Shown here: positions 58,413 to 64,000 of the stretch, in pieces
How positions within the stretch are numbered: position 1 is the stretch's first letter
Layout: the number at the start of each line of letters is the position of its first letter
Source of the DNA: Hemiscyllium ocellatum
Lineage: Eukaryota
NCBI RefSeq assembly: GCF_020745735.1
Contig: NC_083446.1
Location: forward strand, 29,797,493 to 29,861,492
DNA: 64,000 nucleotides
Direction of reading: 5' to 3'
The notes under the pieces: generated by a model
The model's input: the letters and a program-made list of their open reading frames with translations, nothing else
Told to the model about the DNA's origin: nothing
The model's database searches: none
Translations under genes and position numbers: made by a program

Positions 58413-61400
58413 GACCAAACAATGGGAGACAGTGACAGACCATCAGTTTCAGAAATACCGTTTTGTTCTTGAGAACAATTTAGCAGGATCCAAGGTGGGA
58501 GTGAAACCTTTTGTGGTGGAGAAGTCAAAGGAACACCAGAAAATTGAGGAGTTAAAAGACAAATTCGCAGGAAATTTTCCAGACTGTGTAATAACAAGAT
58601 CTCACTGTCATAGGTTAAAGCAAGAAGCAAAAAAGTAAAGAGAAAGACAAAGGAGCGAAAGTTTAATTAGCTGGCCCGTTGTTTCATGTAGTAGTGCAGG
58701 AAAAACCTGAACAGGCAGAGGGTCAGGCAGAGGTGTTTAGTTCTGAAAGGCTAATGGCCTTACAACAGAAATTTACACAAAATAATGCATACTCAGAAAA
58801 GGAATCAGAATATATGGTAGAGCGTTAGCAACTTAAAGATAGAATCCTAAATGAAAATGGAGACCACGGTTGGTTAGTGCAGAGGGGAAATTGGCCAAAG
58901 TTAACCAGAATGTGTTAGCGGTTGCATACAGACAGGAAGTGTTACGGGTATCACATGAACTACCTGCACGTGGTCATCCAGGTATACCTGGAGGAGGTCA
59001 CCTGGAAGACTCAGGCTTAGGTACAAAAGCATTTCTACTGGCCTAGAATTGAACAAGGACGTGTTTTTTTTTGCCGTATGTGTCACACATGCCGGATAGT
59101 AGGTAAGCCACAGGCAGGACTAAAACCAGAACCTTTGTTGCCAATTCCTGCTTTTGACAGACCTTTCACGTGGGTTATGATTAGTTGTGTAGGCCGTCTT
59201 TCTGAAATAAAAGTGGAAACCAATATTTGCTGACTATAATGGATGTATCTGTCAGATTACCAGAGGCAATTCCATTCCAGAGTGTTAAGGCAAAAAGCGT
59301 CGTGAAGGGGTTATAGCTTTCTTTACTCGGTATGGGCTATTCAGAGAGTTTCCGTCAGTCCAACGGAGTCATTTTTCCACTCGGTTGTTTAAGAAAATCA
59401 TGGATAGCTTAGGCATACAGTACTTCAAATCAAGTGTGTCCCATCCTGACTTGCAGGGAGCCTTGGAAAGTTGGCATCAGACAATGTTAACAGCGTACTG
59501 TCAGGATTGGCCAAATGATTGGGATGAAGGTGTGTCAATAAATTGTTTGCATTAGTGATGCCCCAAACGAATCTATTCAGTTTACTCCATTTGAGTTAAT
59601 AATCGGACTTGAAGTGACAGGTATTTTGTAATTAATTAAAGGGAAATTAACAGGACGGAAGTCGGATTATGCAACTGAGGTGAGGGAGAGATTAAACAGA
59701 GTACGTGAGTTAGCTAAACAACACCTGAAGAGGGCGGAACATAGAATGTAGCAAATGACAGGTAAAAACTATGACATTTTATTTTATTTTTTCCGTGGGG
59801 ATGCCACCAGTGGTAGGGAATCCCTTCAAGGCCAGGTTTAGTGGCCGCTTCCAAATGGAGAGAAAAGTAGAGACAGATAAACTACCTGGTAAAAATGCTA
59901 GATATAAAAAAAGGCAGCAGGTATGTCATGTGAATACGTTGTAATCTTCTTAATATCGAGATAAGGAACTGGGGAAACAAGTGTTAGTTACTGCTCTGCA
60001 GATTGAGGTATTAAATACAGATGTCATAGAGTTTGTTGTGCCTCAAAATACATTAAATAACAAGGAAGTCCTTGAGGAGTGGGAGAGGATAAAGACCTGT
60101 CTGTTGCAAGAGCACTGAATCCAGTTGATTGTTCATTGCAGCAGTATGAGGACATTTGCAGAACCACGATGGTAGGACTTACGCTTTTGTGTATGGGGTG
60201 GAAGTAGGGAATGCTATTCTGATAATCAACACTCCTGCAGGCTTAATCCTCCCAAAGCCACCGAGGTCCAGAAGGAAGTGGATGTGATGCTCAACGAAGA
60301 TGTCATTGAACCGAATCAGACCGAGTGGAGTACTCTGATTCTGTTTGTTCCCAAACTGGATGGGGCTCAGTGATTTTGTGTGGACTATCAGAAGGTCAAA
60401 GCTGAAACGAAACCAGACTCCTATCCAATATCAAGATTCGAAGACTGCATACGTAATGTTTGACAAGCCACACACATCACAAAGTTGGACTTACTGCATG
60501 GTTATTGGCAGGCAACTTTATCAGAGAAAGTGAAAGAATATTCTGCATTTGTAACCTTAAATGGGCTACATCAATTCAAAGTGATGCTCTTTGGAATGAA
60601 TAATGCAACAGCCACATTCCAAAAACTCATGAACAGATTCGTGGCCAGATTAACAAATTGTGCAGAATATCAGTTAGATGCAGTGATCCTTAGCAAGTCA
60701 TGGAAAGATCACATGTTACAGTTGGCAGAGCTCATTGAACGATTACAAAAAGGAAAACTGATAATAAACGAAACGAAAACAGAATTTGTGAAGGCAGAGG
60801 TGACGTTCTTGGTACATTACATTGGACATGGAAGGTTGATCTCATGGAACACAAAGACGAAGGGCTTTGAGATATTTCCACAAACATCCTCGATGAAAGA
60901 GGAGCTTAGATTTTTAGGACTCCACTGGCAGTTGTTCCAACTTTCAGCAGCGTCGTGGATTTACTAAAAAAGGACACAACATTTGGTGTATAGAACAATT
61001 CCAGCAGACATTTGAGAATTCAAAAGCAGCATTAACCACCGCACCAGTTTTAGCTACACTAAATGTTTTGAAAGCGTTTAAATTTGCGATTGTTGCTAGC
61101 GATATAGGGGTTGGAGATGTATTAATGCAGGAACATGAGAATGGAATGGAATGTCCAATTGCCTACCTGTAAAAAAAATCCGAACACCCACCGGAAAGAA
61201 AATGCTCCACTATTGAAAAAGGATTATTGAGTTGGGTACTGGTCTGACAATATGTGATTGTTTATGTGACAAACGGGTTGTCGGAGATGAATGTATAAAA
61301 CTACAATTGTTTTGCCATTTCTGGAAGAGCTAAAGACTAAAATATGAGAATATTTCATTGGAGTCTGATATTACCCACTTTTCACTGCCAAAATATACAT

Positions 61401-62283
61401 GTTGAGGGCCGCAATATTGTGATAGCGGATGTGTTATCACAGATTTAAACGAAAGCTTGCAGATAAGGTTTGACACATTCAAATGTTACATATGCGTGCA
61501 GAATTAATATGAAAGGTGTAAGTTAATTACTTTTGCATTTCGTAGTTTTGGGATTAAGAATTATAGGAAAAGAAATGAAGCCATCTTTTTATTCTGACGC
61601 TTCCTTTATTTTTCCTGCGTGGGGGGCGGAGGTGTTAAGCAGCTGAAAGCATGTCTGGTCACATTAAGACAGAACGGGTTTTGCTGAACATAATGTGCAG
61701 CCAGAGCTGACAGCTAATGGTCAGGCTTTTCCAAATGTTACAATTGGCTGGTAAATAGATACCTGAGTTTTGGTTGCTCTTTTGATAACAATTAGTTTAA
61801 ATAATGCCCAGGATAATGGAAGACAATAGAATTTGAATATCATTGTTTTGACGAGTGGAAACCAATCAAATTATGAGAATTTCATGTACTATGGGGAGTA
61901 TGTAAACCTCGCACTTTGAGCACGAGACAGAGAGGAATTGCTGTCGAGCCGGAGATGTAACTGGCCATCTCAAACACTCTCTATCAAAGATACTTTTTCA
62001 TATAGGACCTAGAAAAAAGGAAGGTGACCCATAGATGTCAGCAGCTGGAAGAGTGAAGACAGCGGAGGAGATAGAGACTGTGTGGTCTTGAGATTAATTG
62101 AATATTATGTTTCATTCGTGGGTTGCAAGAACAGCATTTCTTTAAGAGTTGGAGTCAGATAGTCAGCATTTACGGAAAGAGGGTCTTGTATTTGTCAATA
62201 GTTGCTGTTAGTGATCACTATTAAACTTAAGAAACGAAATTGGTATTTTTTTTAAATAGTGGAATGTCACTCGGATGTTAACA
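58413..62283 (+). mobile_element. Gmr1-like Gypsy element remnant, domain order INT-RT-RNaseH, with PPT and 3' LTR (61633-62283)
   Basis: Integrase HHCC (HFYWP..., CHTC.IVGKP, about 59030-59110) precedes RT (ORF 60485-60967: DLLHGYWQ...FKVMLFGMNNATATFQKLMN) and RNase H (ADVLSQ, about 61440). Purine tract then TGTTA...TAACA. Confidence 0.9.
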
Positions 62284-62289
62284 AAGTAC

Positions 62290-63190
62290 ACGGAAAAGTA
62301 AGCTTTTTCTTGGTGGTTGCTTTATATAACAGAGGGATTCGAACTCCACGTCGTAAATGTCCATTCACAGCAACCCCATTTCCTTGGACGTGTTCCACAT
62401 CCCTCGAGTCCTTTCCTATTCATATATTTGTCCGAATACCTTTTTAATGTTGTTGATGTACCCGTTCCCCCCAAACGCATCTGCGAGCAGCTCTATACAT
62501 CTGCGTACCAGTCTCTGTGTAAAAACGTTGACCCTCAGGTTCCCTTTTCTCCTTCCATCTAACCATAAACTAATGCCCTCTCGTCTTTGATTCTCGAAAC
62601 CTTGGAAAAAGACTGAGAGCATTCACCATATCCACGCCCCTCATGACCTTATATAACTTTATCAGTTCCCCATTCAGTCTCCTACGATCTGAAGAATACC
62701 GAGAATATCCAAACTCTCCCTTTAACTCAGACGATTGGATTGAGGCAATATCCTTGTAAATTTCTTCTGCATTCTTTCTCGTTTAATAACATCCCTCCTA
62801 TAACAAAATGACAAAAACTGAACACAATACTTCAAGTGCGGTCTCGCCAATGCTTGTATGTCTGCAACATAACGTCCCAACTTCTATACTCAGTGCCCTG
62901 ACTGATGAAGACCAGTATTCCAAAAGCCTTCAGTCTACCTGAAAGTGACTCCAATTTCAGAGAATCGTGAATCTGAACTTCAAAGTCTCTCTGCCCACTA
63001 TGTCTTTAAGACCCTAGCATTCACCATAAAACACCTACCGTGATTTGACTTTCCAAAATGCAAGACCTCACACCTATTAACCTCCATTTGCCATTTCTCG
63101 GTCCACTTCCCCAGTTGTTCAGCGTTTGCTACATTTTTTGATAACCTTCCTCACTGTCCACGATACGGAATATTTTCGTGTCATCTGCAA
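62290..63190 (-). mobile_element. CR1 3' fragment
   Basis: Minus ORF 62416-62622 (FFQGFENQRREG...FTQRLVR) and upstream RT remnants. Confidence 0.85.
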
Positions 63191-63309
63191 GTTTAATCAT
63201 CATGTTTATTACAATCTCATTCCAATCATTGGTAAGAGATAACAAACAGTAATGAGCCCAGCACTAATCCCTGAGATTCTCCACTAGTTCACTAATATCT
63301 TCAGGTAAT

Positions 63310-63450
63310 GAAAATACCATCCTTTACCTGGTCTGACCTCCATGTGACTCCAGGCCCACAACAATGTGCTTGACCCTTATCTGCCCTGTGGGCAATTAAG
63401 ATGGGCAATAAATGCTGCCTGTCCAGCAATGCCCTCATCCAGAGAATTAA
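63310..63450 (+). repeat. Short L2-like 3' tail repeat (related copy at about 1505-1650)
   Basis: Shared CCATCCTT...GACCCACA...GGCAATTAAG(G)ATG...AAATGCTG blocks. Confidence 0.55.
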
Positions 63451-64000
63451 TAAAAAAAACTACAGGCCTCCAGTCCTACAAGCAGCCTTCCAGTAATAAT
63501 CTCTCCTTCCTAACATTTGTGTATTCAGTTTGCCTGATCCGCCTGCATTCTATGCGATCGAATCTTCCAGCGCAGCCTATCATATGGAACCTATCAAAGA
63601 CCTTACTGAAGTCTTTACAGACTACATCTACTGCTTTCTATGTCGACTGATTCAAGAACCTAAATAAAACCATCTTCCTATAATTATGAATCCTTTCCGA
63701 GAGAGTATTTGAGGCAAACTCTGCAGATTTGATCTCCTTTGTAAGAAATAATCTCTTTCCTACGGACACAGATGTTTGCATCACGAAATGAGAGGGAAGA
63801 AACTGAGTGTATTATCTGTACATCTATGAGAGAATAGAGATGGTTGCACTGAAACTTGAGGATTGGATGCAATGACTTATTTCCAGAAGAGACATTCTTA
63901 GGGTGAGAAATTCCATACTTTACCCTGGTTTGATCGATTTGATTTATGGTCATGTGTACATCAGTACAGGGTAACACTTTATTTAAGAGCAGTGGCAGAA

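Overview
Vertebrate DNA from a cartilaginous fish (shark). The basis is the Ig constant-exon sequences and the repeat families; the carpet-shark (Orectolobiformes) guess is weak. There are no bacterial-type features. The window is mostly decayed retroelements: CR1 LINEs, V-SINE/HE1-like SINEs, Penelope-like elements carrying hammerhead ribozyme motifs, two Gmr1-like Gypsy LTR elements, an L1 5' fragment and a deleted class I (epsilon-like) endogenous retrovirus with a tRNA-His PBS. Host genes: (1) an IgM heavy-chain constant-region pseudogene on + at 19275-23057, made of Cmu1 (open), Cmu3 (disabled) and Cmu4 plus secretory tail (one nonsense codon). No Cmu2 exon was found, nor any V/D/J in the 19 kb upstream or TM exon downstream. 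Upstream of Cmu1 lie a G-rich 12x32-bp array, AGCT-dense patches and two octamers. (2) Two tandem GPR139-like first exons, one disabled (42319-42469) and one open (51121-51289). A perfect 138-bp inverted repeat sits at 43542-43679/44740-44877, and there is an assembly gap at 41538-41674. Repeat boundaries are approximate unless defined by a TSD or splice site. All family assignments come from recalled motifs, not database searches.
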